From Bacteroidota bacterium (lineage in GTDB: Bacteria; Bacteroidota; Bacteroidia; NS11-12g; UBA955), in assembly GCA_947451105.1 (NCBI GenBank), contig CANFXY010000004.1, forward strand, positions 1 to 41,586: a DNA stretch of 41,586 nucleotides, written 5' to 3'. The notes beneath the pieces were generated by a model. That model did not search any database. It saw only the letters and a list, made by a program, of their open reading frames with translations, and was not told where the DNA came from. The translations under genes and the position numbers were made by a program. The number at the start of each line of letters is the position of its first letter. Positions within the stretch are counted from its first letter, which is position 1. Of the stretch, positions 25,170-36,800 are shown in pieces.

Positions 25170-28100
25170 ACCATCTTTCTGTGAAAAAATGATAAGGGTT
25201 AATAGATGACTGCCAGTCAATATTGTCTTGTAAATGTGCTTGGAAGTCTGCTTTTTTAAGAAAACATTTAGCAATGTACAAATTGTCTATGTGCATATTG
25301 TCGAGTGCTTTAACGTCTTTAAGATTGTCCATCTGCGATACATCTAGTATGTCCAAATGTTGTAAATGCTCAATGCCGTCCAAGCTGCTAATGCCTGAGT
25401 TTTCTTTCAAAGAAAGCCTGCGGAGTTTCTTTAAGTTTTTAAGTGGCAAGAGTGATTTGAGTTCTGGACCATATAAAATGAGGTATTCTAATTCAGGAAA
25501 TTGTTCTATACCGCTAAGGTCATTAATTTTGCTTAATTCAAGTCTTTTCAGTGAATTGATAGGGATGTCTGATCTTAGTTTCTTTACTTCTGCACTTAAT
25601 TCAATTGGATTGAGATGCAATATGTCATTGAAGTCTTGCAAATTTGGGCAATTGTCAAAATGCATGTTAAGGGCACTGTTTCCAAGGGTTTCAATTTGTT
25701 TTAAACCTTTTAAGTCGAGCAATTGAGGACAATGACCACAATTAAAATCTAAAAGTGTTTTAACGCCTTTCAAAATTGGGAATGAAGATATGGCCGTTGT
25801 CGTCAAATTTAATGAATCAATGGTTTCTGAAAACAGAGAATCAGATATTTCCTTTAATTTACTGTTATGTCTCACATCGATTCTTTTTAAAGAAAGAACT
25901 TCAGGTGCGAGTTCCAAACGTGTTATCTCACTTTCAAAGATTTTTATTTCTTCTAATTTGTAAAGATTAGCAAGTGGTTTTGAGTCTGTAAAAGGCAGTC
26001 TGTTAAACTCAAGGATTTTAAGTTCAGTGCAATTTTCAATGCCATCAATATTCTTAATAACCGTAGCGGAATCAATCTTTAAAACTTCAAGGTTTTTTAA
26101 TTGTGAGAGTTCTTTAAGATCGGTAATGGTGTTTTCTGCTATTTTTCCTACTAGCAAAGTCTTTAGGTATGTCATGTCTTTGATGCCATTAAATCCATTG
26201 CTGAGGATAAATGCGTTGGCATCTATATACTCCAATTTTGTGCAGTTTTTAAAGACATCAAAGTTCACTTTGTAGTTTTGCCAAGAAGCGCGATTGCGAA
26301 TGATTAAGTATTTTAAATTGGGTAAATTGATTTCACAATCTACAAGATCAGTATCTGGGATGCTTAGAGAACGCAAATTGCTAAAATGGTCTATACCAAC
26401 AAATTTTTGTGTTTCAAGGTTTAATGCAACGATTTTTTCATTAAAGGTTTTCCATTTGTTGATTTTACTGGCCAATTTAAGCACGCTTAAAAGGGCATAG
26501 TTTAAGTATGGTTGTGCAGGACTGGTACCTTTAAATATTTTATTGGGTACAATTATGTCTTTCTTGTAATCTATTTCTATGCCATCAAGAAGTGAATTTA
26601 TGATTGTTTCATCTTCCAAACTTTCTAAAATAGACAGGCCCAAATCAACAGATTCATAACTTCTTTCTTGCAGCAGTTTTTTGATTTTTGGAATTTGCTT
26701 TTTTAAGGCGCTTGCTTCTGGATCGGCTTTTATTTTCTCTAACTTTTCTTTAAATGTTTTGGTGTCTAATTTATAAAATTCGGCAAGTTTCAATTGGTAA
26801 GAAAATACCTTTTCTTTTTGAATGCGGCCATTTTCTCTTGGTTTTATTTCTAAAAGCTCACATTCGCTAATATCAAGTGATTCTAGGGTCTTTATTTGAG
26901 CTATTGAGGAAACGTTCTTCAGAGCCTTTAGGTTGTTCAATTGAAGTGACTGAAGCTGATTTAGCTTTGCTATAGCGCTGATATCAGACAGTCCAGTATT
27001 TTCAATTAGTTTTAAGACTTGTAGCTTTGGGAGATTCTTTAAACCACTTAAGGTTTCAAGGTCATAGTTTTTCGACAGTAATATGGTACTTAGTTCTGGG
27101 AGTGATTCTAGAAAATTTGCATCGGTGAATAATGAATCTATTATTTCAATGTCTCTAATTTTTGAAGCATGAAAATTAAAATTACGACACCCTTCAAATA
27201 CAAATTTGCAATTCATTTCACCTTCATATTTAAGGTCAACATCGCAATTGTTTAGATAGATTAAATTTAAACTTTTGCTTGTGAATACATCATGCAGCAC
27301 CTCGCTGTTAAAGCCGTTGTAAAATTTAATCTCTCTTAACTTATGGAACTTGGAAAGATCGCCTAACTTGCGCAATGCGGGTAGTTTTTTGACGCCTAAA
27401 ATTGTTGTTTTTTCTGCAATGTTTTTGTTTTGCGTCAATCCTTCCAAAGACTCAAGTTTATCACATTGACGTATAACAATATCAATAATGTTGCCAAGGA
27501 ACTCACATTCTTTAATTTCCGTTAAAGCATGACATTCAGTTATAACTATGCTCTGTAAATCGCTTAGGTTTTCTATGCCTTTTAATTCGGTTATTTCACA
27601 TTTATTTAGCTCCAATGATTTTAGCTTAGGCACATACTGAAGTCCACCAATATCCGCTAATGAATTGCAAGTAATACATAGGCTACTCAGATTTGGGTAG
27701 CCTTTTAACCAATCTAAATTTTGCATGCCTCTGCATTCGATGTTAATCTGTGTAACGGTTTCAGAACCTATGCCCTCAGGATTGTTCCATTCGTCTATGA
27801 TTAAACCAATGTCAATGCCTGAGTTAATAAATAATTCATGATTGGAACTACAGGCGCTTAATTCAATATGTTTGTCTACAGATGTTACATTCTTTAGCGA
27901 CTTAATGCCACCCAAGGCTTTAACGTTTTTTATTTGGGGACAATCATCTATGATTAGATTTTCTAAAGATTGGTAAAATTCAAGGCCATCTAAGTTTTCT
28001 AAATGATAGTTATCAATAATTTTTAGTTCGCTTGTGTCATCTTTATCCACTTTTCCTTTTAATGGCAAAAAACTTTTTAATTTTCTGATGTTTTTAAATC

Positions 28101-29490
28101 GAAAAGACTCAATTGGAAAACTTGAAATTCTCTCTATGTCTTCTATGCGGTTACACGCTGAAATGTCAATTTTTTTCAGCGTCATATTGGGGTCCAATTC
28201 ATTTAAATTCTTGATGAGGCCATTGGGGTCTTGCAGAATTAAGGATTCTAGAGACGTAAAGCAATGCAAATAACTTAGCTTGCTGATTTCTAAATTTAAA
28301 GTTTGTGTGTTTTGTTTAATTTGCTCAGCCAATTTGGCCTCTGGTCCTGCGTAAAACAAAATAGCCGTAACAATGTAGTTGAGCAAAGCAGGTTCTATTT
28401 TTAGGCCTTTGCCCAATTCTTTAACATTGAAAATATCATTTTTGATTTCAACTTTTTCGAGCAGTTTATCAAAGAGGCAGGGGTCATCGCTGTATGCAGC
28501 AAGAATGGAAATGCCTGCTTCAACGATATTTGGGTCTGGGTTTAAAAGCAGTTTTTTAAGTTTGCTAAATTCTTTGCTATTTGAAACAATTGAGTTGTCA
28601 ATAATTTCTTTTGAATAGGTGCTTGCTTCAGCTTCGTTTTTAATTTCTTTTGCGGATACAAATACCTCGTTGTCTAAGAAAATTTGAAGTGCCTCCGCTG
28701 ATAGCGCTTTTACCCCTTTTAAAGAAATGTACGAAAGGGAATCACTGCAAAGATTTTTTGCACATTCATTGCTGATTGATTTCAAAGAATCTAGGAACAG
28801 TTCACTAACTTTTCCTAGACCTAATGCTTCCTTTTCGCCAAGTTCGCTGATGCCATTTAAACGGAGGGAAGTAATGCCGGTTTCGGCAATTACACTTGAT
28901 AAAGTTTCATCAATAAATTTAATGCGGCTCAAATTGACTTTTTCTCTGTTGTTCTTCAAATAGACTTTCGCTGCAAATGAACAAAAACCTTGCAAATCTT
29001 GTAAAAAACTTGTTTTGGTTTCAAAGTCTCGACTTGCCATCATTTGGACTATACAAGCGATAAGTTCAATATGCGTTTGTGCATTTGTTTCTGGAAGTTT
29101 TAGGTCTGGAAAAAGTGCTTTTAATTGACTCCAATGGTTCTCATTTGTTTTTAAATTTAAACCATTTATAAATGCACTTGTCTGAACAATTCCATCGGAG
29201 TCAATAATTGAACTATGCTTTATACTGGATTCGAAAAACTTATTCGGATCGATGCTGCTACTTTTGCTAAGAACTTGTTTTAAATCAGCTCCGAATGTGT
29301 TCTTGAAGGCTATAAAAAAAGTCTTACTATCTGGGTAATATGGACTATTTTGAAAATGAACCGATACCTCACAGCTAATTCCTGTCTCAGGTTTAATTAA
29401 AACCGTATAAATTCTTTGGTGTGGGGTGAAGTTTATATTAAAGAAATACAGGCCGGGAGCTGCTGATTCCAGATAGTTTATCCTTTCCAT
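25156..29490 (-). CDS. Large leucine-rich repeat protein
   Basis: Many LxxLxxLxxLxxLxL units in two blocks, each preceded by a similar helical cap; no signal peptide. Confidence 0.88.
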   Translation of the reverse strand: MERINYLESAAPGLYFFNINFTPHQRIYTVLIKPETGISCEVSVHFQNSPYYPDSKTFFIAFKNTFGADLKQVLSKSSSIDPNKFFESSIKHSSIIDSDGIVQTSAFINGLNLKTNENHWSQLKALFPDLKLPETNAQTHIELIACIVQMMASRDFETKTSFLQDLQGFCSFAAKVYLKNNREKVNLSRIKFIDETLSSVIAETGITSLRLNGISELGEKEALGLGKVSELFLDSLKSISNECAKNLCSDSLSYISLKGVKALSAEALQIFLDNEVFVSAKEIKNEAEASTYSKEIIDNSIVSNSKEFSKLKKLLLNPDPNIVEAGISILAAYSDDPCLFDKLLEKVEIKNDIFNVKELGKGLKIEPALLNYIVTAILFYAGPEAKLAEQIKQNTQTLNLEISKLSYLHCFTSLESLILQDPNGLIKNLNELDPNMTLKKIDISACNRIEDIERISSFPIESFRFKNIRKLKSFLPLKGKVDKDDTSELKIIDNYHLENLDGLEFYQSLENLIIDDCPQIKNVKALGGIKSLKNVTSVDKHIELSACSSNHELFINSGIDIGLIIDEWNNPEGIGSETVTQINIECRGMQNLDWLKGYPNLSSLCITCNSLADIGGLQYVPKLKSLELNKCEITELKGIENLSDLQSIVITECHALTEIKECEFLGNIIDIVIRQCDKLESLEGLTQNKNIAEKTTILGVKKLPALRKLGDLSKFHKLREIKFYNGFNSEVLHDVFTSKSLNLIYLNNCDVDLKYEGEMNCKFVFEGCRNFNFHASKIRDIEIIDSLFTDANFLESLPELSTILLSKNYDLETLSGLKNLPKLQVLKLIENTGLSDISAIAKLNQLQSLQLNNLKALKNVSSIAQIKTLESLDISECELLEIKPRENGRIQKEKVFSYQLKLAEFYKLDTKTFKEKLEKIKADPEASALKKQIPKIKKLLQERSYESVDLGLSILESLEDETIINSLLDGIEIDYKKDIIVPNKIFKGTSPAQPYLNYALLSVLKLASKINKWKTFNEKIVALNLETQKFVGIDHFSNLRSLSIPDTDLVDCEINLPNLKYLIIRNRASWQNYKVNFDVFKNCTKLEYIDANAFILSNGFNGIKDMTYLKTLLVGKIAENTITDLKELSQLKNLEVLKIDSATVIKNIDGIENCTELKILEFNRLPFTDSKPLANLYKLEEIKIFESEITRLELAPEVLSLKRIDVRHNSKLKEISDSLFSETIDSLNLTTTAISSFPILKGVKTLLDFNCGHCPQLLDLKGLKQIETLGNSALNMHFDNCPNLQDFNDILHLNPIELSAEVKKLRSDIPINSLKRLELSKINDLSGIEQFPELEYLILYGPELKSLLPLKNLKKLRRLSLKENSGISSLDGIEHLQHLDILDVSQMDNLKDVKALDNMHIDNLYIAKCFLKKADFQAHLQDNIDWQSSINPYHFFTERWSNSF

Positions 29491-29502
29491 GTAATAAATT
29501 GC

Positions 29503-30621
29503 TTATAAACTTGCCAATAATAGTTTTGCCAATTTCTTGTCTTTCAGCATGTCTTTTACCTCTGGTTTAGCTTCTTTATTTAGGTCCATAAAAAAGCTCA
29601 TTTTAAGATCGTTTGGAATAGAATCCAACAGAATAAAGTCAACCAAGTTTACTTTATGCTTGTCCTCATTTTGGTAATTATCGTTTTTTAAATGCAAATA
29701 AAGTCGTGTGCAAATTGTAGCAATTCTGTCTACTCTTTTTTCGCCATTTTTCCCAACAGCAATTGATTCCATACGTTCTTTTATGGTTTTAAAGTCCTCG
29801 GCATTAAGAATGTCAGAAGGGTCAATTAATTGGGTTAAATCGTTGTTGATAAAACTCACAAAACTGCTAACGGTGGTATCGTCTAATGCGCTTTTGGCAA
29901 GGGCTACAACCAAATCTAGTTCCGCTTTAAGGTCTTGTATCTCGTGGATTTGGTCAAAAAACTGAACCAAACTTCTAGGGGTGGTACGCTTGCCGGTAAC
30001 TGCCTCTGGGTAGGTTAATACAAAATCAATTCCTCTTTTATCAATGCCTGCACTATGCGCCCATTCGGCCCATGCACGCGCATCAAAACTAAGAGAAATA
30101 TGCAATAGCCTGGTTAACATGGCGTCGTCCATAGGCGTCACAGAATAATCGCCATCATCCGGATTTGCAGTTGCAACAATTTGCCATTTGGCAGGAAGTG
30201 CCCATGAGAGCAATTCAAAGTTTTGCAACAATTGCATCACCCCTCTTAATATACGGTCATCAGCACGGTTAATATCATCCAACAATAAGATGCCTGGACC
30301 TTCTTCTTTTGGCACCCATTCTGGCGGACTGTAAACGGTGTATTCATCGCCTTGGATATTGCCATCAGGGTCTACAATCATTGGCATGCCATGCAAATCG
30401 CCCATTTCCTCAAACTGAGCGGGTGCGCAATAAGCCATTTTCCAATTGTTCTTTTTGGCGTATTCGAACACCGTTTGAGTTTTTCCAAGACCATGGCTAC
30501 CCCATATCATAATTGGGGTTCCCCTTTGACCTTTTTCGTGCAATTGGTTGTTGCGGTTAAAGATATGCTCTAAAAACTTGTTGAGCTGATTGGTGTTTAC
30601 ATTTTGGCCTATTTTTGACAT
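29503..30621 (-). CDS. MoxR-like AAA+ ATPase
   Basis: Walker A GSHGLGKT, Walker B LLLDDINRA, sensor ATAN, arginine finger MLTRL; the family is typically paired with DUF2201-like vWA proteins. Confidence 0.88.
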   Translation of the reverse strand: MSKIGQNVNTNQLNKFLEHIFNRNNQLHEKGQRGTPIMIWGSHGLGKTQTVFEYAKKNNWKMAYCAPAQFEEMGDLHGMPMIVDPDGNIQGDEYTVYSPPEWVPKEEGPGILLLDDINRADDRILRGVMQLLQNFELLSWALPAKWQIVATANPDDGDYSVTPMDDAMLTRLLHISLSFDARAWAEWAHSAGIDKRGIDFVLTYPEAVTGKRTTPRSLVQFFDQIHEIQDLKAELDLVVALAKSALDDTTVSSFVSFINNDLTQLIDPSDILNAEDFKTIKERMESIAVGKNGEKRVDRIATICTRLYLHLKNDNYQNEDKHKVNLVDFILLDSIPNDLKMSFFMDLNKEAKPEVKDMLKDKKLAKLLLASL

Positions 30622-30887
30622 CTTAAACTGGTGAATTTATTAGAATTTGGTTTGCGATTAGTATTGTTCAATAATAATGATATTTATTATTAAATAGCAA
30701 TACACCCAGAAAGAAAGTTTTGAACTTATTGCTTTTCTAAATTAAGAAAATTTGTAGTATTTATTTAAAATTTGTTTGCCATTCTAATAGTACAATGGTA
30801 ATTTCTCCTCACCTCTCAGTCTTCATTTTTTGTAACGTTTTTGTAACGCTTTTTGCTTGACAATACTCATCTAAGGCGCAAAACAAT

Positions 30888-33800
30888 ATGTTACATTTGT
30901 TATGCGCTTTTATGGTGAAAATCAATAAGAACATATCACCTCAACCAAGCTATTTGTTTAGTTGCTTATTAATGTTGCTTTTTCTTTTGGGGTATGTATC
31001 AAATGCTCAAAGCAATGCCGCTTTTTCTGTTTCGGGTTCAAAGTGCTATGGAGATTCAGTTTTCTTTCAGTTTACAGGCCAAGGGGATACTTTATTTTGG
31101 GATTTTGCGGATGTGAATTCTGGTTTCTACAATACAAGCAATGACAGCAATGTTGTTCATATATTTGCTAATAAAGGGACCTTTAATGTTCGTTTAATTG
31201 TTAAAGACACCAATGGACTTAGTGATACGGCTTGGCAATCGTGGTCGGTGTACAATAAGCCACTTGCCAATTTTACTTTTATCAATGCCTGTATCGGTTT
31301 GAATGCTCAGTTTACAAATACCAGTAACTCCGATTTGAACAATCCAATTAGCACTTACTTGTATCGTTTTGGTGATGGCTCTAGCAGCAACCAAGCCTCG
31401 CCGCAGCATGCGTATACTTCCACTGGCGCAAAATCGGTTAAGCTTTTGGTTCAAACCACACAGGGGTGTAAGGATTCTATACAAAAAAATTTGGTGGTCT
31501 ATGCTTCGCCTACTGTTTTATTGTCGACCGATTCAATTTGTCCTGGCGATAATTTGGGTGTCGATATTCAGCATGGAACGGACCCTGTTACACAATATTA
31601 TTGGAATATGGGTGATGGCACTTTTTCTAGCAACAAAACTTTTACCCAACAATACAGCAGTTCTGGTTTAAAACGCATTGGGGTAAAATTAACCTACAGC
31701 AATGGAAACACTTGCACATTCAATAAAGATTCAGTGTTGGTTTACAACAAACCAAATGCATTTTTTACCATTTTAACGTCTAGAAAACAATGCTATAAAG
31801 GCAATCAAACATGTGTGCAGTTTGGATTGGATTCAACCCATATTGTGTACAGAAATATGCTGTGGGACGACGGTTCGAGTGTACAGGTAAACAAATCGAG
31901 TACTGGAGCCTGTTATACCTATGGCAATGCCAATGGGGGGGTGTATAAAATTACCCACGAAGTGATTGATACCAATGGATGTGCCGAACGGTACACGGCA
32001 AGTATAGACAGCGTTAAGGTATACAAAGACCCTAAGGCAAATTTTAAAGTGACCATTACAGGCGGGTGTTTTAAGACCATGGTGTCGGTTGTTAATTTGA
32101 GCAATATGCAAATTCCTGTAGTGAAAAGTTTTGCATGGAATTGGGGCGATGGTTCTAATCTTGATACCAGCACATTTACCAATGCTCAACACCAATACCT
32201 TGTAAACGGGGTATTTAAAATCAAATTGAGCATAACAGATATTTATGGTTGCAAGGATTCTTTTGTGTCATCGGATACGATCAAAAACATCAATTTTAAA
32301 GTTGATGGAATTAACTATGCCATAGATTCTTGTCAATCGAGCAACGATTTCAAATTTATTCAAACACCCGTTCCAGGTGGACTTGCAACCTGGTTTTTTG
32401 GCGATGGCGATACGCAAAATGGTTGGAATGTCAACCACCAATACTACAAAGGAAACCGAATAGGAACCTACTACCCTATAATCAGGGTGAGCAAATTAGG
32501 TTGTGATTCATTTATCAACTTAAAACCCAATATTGTTTACGGGCCATTGGTGGATATGTCTATACTCAACCGCTACCAGTGCCAGGTGAAGGATACGGTT
32601 TTTTTTACCAATGCCTCTTTGTTGTATCTAAACAAAAAAATATCGGTTTTTTGGGATGCGCTTGATCCTTTTGCGGGCAATTGCACCATCAATTCAAAGC
32701 TCAATCAAAATGTTGACAGCAATTGCAATTTAAGTGTTGATTCGCTTTATTTTAAGCACATGTATAAAAAAGGGCAGGATAAATGTTATGCCGTAAAACT
32801 GACCTTGGTTGATTCTGCTTTGGGTTGTTCGGATGTTAGATCATTTAGCTTGCCATTAACCAAACCCAATGCCCGCACAGGCATAACAATGCGTGCAAAT
32901 GGCGGGTTTTGTTTGGGCCCTGAGAGTGGTAAAACCGTTTCGATTGATCTTGGTGCAACTAAGCCAGCCTGCGGACGCGAGCGGTATTGGGTGATGTGGG
33001 ATTCGCTTTGTGCAGAAAATTCAGGCAATTTTAATGCTTGGTGGCAACTGAATACCTCCTACCACAATTACACCTATGTTCCTTGCGATTCGAATGGAAA
33101 TATCAGCATTGGGGTTATTATTCAAAATGGAACTGATACCAATGGCAGGGTCTGCAGAGACACTGCTTTTTACCACCATAAAGTGCGGTTTGGATTGACA
33201 GACCCAAGATTCACGAGCACCTATAATCCGACTGTTCAATATTGTAAGAATTCAACTTTCGATTTTATGTTGGGCGATTCTACCCTCGATTCCATTGTTT
33301 ACATCAATTGGAATTATGGAGATGGCGTGAATGAATCGAACTTGAGTTTGGGAAAACGCACCCACACCTACAAACAACGGGGCCGTTACACCGTGATAGT
33401 GATCATGCGCCACGCCAATGGCTGTGTTGCAATCGACTCTATGGTGGTAAGAATTGGCGCACAGCCATCTTTGGTTTTAAACAAACAAAAAATATGTTTG
33501 AGCGACAGTTTTAAGGTCATTAACACCAGCAAATATTGGAATGGACCTGCTTATTGGAAAGACTCATTAAGGGTATTAAACAATAAGGAAAAAACGCGTT
33601 GGGATTTGGGCGACGGAAACGGATTTTCGAACAACAATTACCAAACATTTTTTAAGTACAATAAGATTGGGAATTACAGTATAAAGATTGAATACACAGA
33701 CAGTGTTGGGTGTGTAGACACCTTTAATTATCCAATTCCACTTAGGGTGTTTGATGTGTTCTCGAGCATTACCTTGCCCAGTAAGCAATTAATTTGTGCC

Positions 33801-36800
33801 CAGGTTGTTCAATTCAAATCCTCGGCGAGTGTTTACGACAGTTTAAATCAATTTGGACACAGCGACGACAGCGTTGTAACGTTTGCTTGGTATTTTGATC
33901 AAGCCAGCAGCTCTAGCCTAATAAAAAACCCATTTAAATTCTTTAAACGGGGCTGGCACGATGTTGAATTGCTGGTGAGCAATACCTTGGGCTGCCAGGA
34001 TTCAAAAAAGGATTCTTTTTTCATTAATGGTCCAGAAGCTGGATTTGAAATGTTGTCTGACACAGTTGGGTGTATGCCATTGACCGTTACCTTTAAAAAT
34101 AAAAGCATAAACGCCAACAATTACACCTGGTTGTACAAAAATGCAGGGAACAATACCACCACCACCAATTCGAATGCCAATATAAACTTTACGTATACCA
34201 ATTACGGTATTTTTAGGCCTCAGTTAATTGCCCGAAACACGTTTTTAAACAACGGTATTTCGGTTACTTGCGCAGATACTTTTGTGGTGAATCCACTGAC
34301 AAAATATTCGCCTAAAATTGAGGTCTACGAATTGCCAAGACCAAATTTTACGCATTCGACCAATTGCGCAAATTATACCACCACTTTTACCAATACCTCG
34401 GTTTTGAGCACCGGGAATATTGTGCAATATTTATGGAAATTTGGCGATGGTAGTTCAAGTACCTTAAAAAATCCGGTGCATCAGTTTGCCGACTCAGGCA
34501 AATATACCATTGTTCTTAAGGCCTTTAGCCCATATGGTTGTGTGGATTCCATTGTAAGAGATATTTTTGTTTATCCTTTTCCTGAGGCTGATTTTACGTT
34601 TAACGAAGTTTGCCAAGGCAAAGCCACAAATTTCAGAGACATCTCAAAATCGTTCAATGACATTATTATCAATTACACTTGGAATTTTGGCAATGGTGCA
34701 GGCAGTTCAGCAAAAAATCCCAACTATATTTATCCCAAAGATTCTGTTTTTTATCTTGTGAGGTTAACGGTTCGCAACCGATCAGGATGCATAGATGATA
34801 TCACCAAACAGGTAAGAGTTTGGGCTAAGCCAAAACCGAATTTTACAGCCGTTAATGTGTGTCTTAAAAACACCATTAATTTTACAAATACAGGCAGTTC
34901 AAAACAAGCCGTTCAAAGCAATGTATGGACCATGGGCGATGGCACAGTACTTCAATCAAATGCTTTTTCAAAAACCTATGCGGATACCGGAAAATACAAT
35001 GTAAAACTAAAAACCACAACTGTTCAAGGTTGTGTTGATTCGGTAAGCAAGAAGATTCAAATTTACGCCAACCCCAAGGCCAATTTTAACATCAATTCGA
35101 GCAGCCAATGTTTGAATCAAAACCGTTTTGTGTTAAGCAATTCGTCTGTTATTTATTCGGGTACTATAACGGGCTACGAATGGCGTTTGTCCGACGGGTT
35201 TATATCCACTAAAGCCAATGTTGTTCATAGTTTCCCTTCGGTCAATACTTACAGCATAAAACTGATTGTTCGCTCCAACAATTTTTGTTACGACACCATT
35301 AACCAAACAGTTAATGTTAGGCCATCTCCAAAATCCATTATCCAATTGAGTGCAATTGAAAAATGCATCAATACTGCCGATTCGATTTCATTTAATGATG
35401 TTTCAACCATCGACACAAGCATTCAGTCGAGAATGTGGACTTTGGATCCAGGGATTACAAATAGTCAGAAACAATTTAAATACAAATACAATTCTGTTGG
35501 TGCCCGTGTTGTTTCTTTGAGGGTTCAGAACTCAGTTAATTGCTTCGACACCAGTTACAAACCAATAGCCATTCACCCAAAACCACAGGCCATTGTAGCG
35601 CAGCACGTAAAAGAACAATGCTTTAGAAATAATTTGTTCACCTTCAAAGATTCCTCTAAAATTACTTCCCCTTATACCAGCAGTGTCATATGGTATTTTG
35701 GAGATGGCGATACCTCCATTTCAGCATTTACGACCCACCGCTATTTAAGCTTTGATACCTTCAAGTTAAAGTTAATTGCAAACAGCAACAAAGGCTGCAA
35801 GGATACGCTCTCTCAAAACGTCATTGTGCATCCAATGCCAGTAAGTAGCTTTAAGATAGACACCTTAAAGCAGTGCTTAAAAGCCAATCAATTTAAGTTT
35901 ACCAATCTGTCGAGTATTCCACACGGAAGTATAACGTATGCTTGGTTGTTTGGCGATGCTGGTACGAGCACAATGCTTAATCCGACACACAGCTATTCGA
36001 ATTTTGGTGTTTACACCTGCAGTTTGTTTGTTCAGTCGAATTTTGGGTGTAGAGACAGTTCATACAAACAATTGCAAGTTTATAGCATGCCGGTGGCCAA
36101 CTTTAAATGGGTCGATTCCACGGCTTGTTTTAGGTCAAATAAAATGACAGCCATTAACACCTCTGCCATACCTCAGGGAACTTACACCACCTATTGGCGT
36201 TCGATGGTAAAGCAATTAACAGGCAAGGATACCTTTGTGGTGACATGGCCAAAAGATTCGACCTATAAGCTTGTTTTGAACTTGGTTTCAAATGCCGGGT
36301 GTATGGATTCAATTTCTAAAAAAGCCTACGTATGGCCAATGCCAGTGGCAAGGTTCAAAATTGATTCGGCCAAACAATGTCTAAGGTCAAACTTATTTAA
36401 GTACAGCAATTTGAGCACGGCCAAAGACGGCCAGATAGGCTACCAATGGGATCTTGGTAATGGTTACAATGCCGTCCAAAAAGACACCCAAATGCGCTAT
36501 TCAAATCAAGGGTCTTATACCGTAAGATTAATTGCAAGTTCGGTTCGGAATTGCAAAGACACGGTAAGCCAAATTGCAGTAGTTCATCCTATGCCAAAGG
36601 CTTTGTTTGGAATCAATGACAGCACCCAATGTCTAAACACTCAAAATTTTATTTTTACAGATAAAAGTGTGATTGCCTATGGCGGTTTAAAACGTTTATG
36701 GACATGGGGTGATGCGAGCACCGATACAGCTAAGATCAAGTCGCATTATTTTACAAAAGATACGGTATACAAAAACAGATTGGTGTCTATCAGCAATGAG

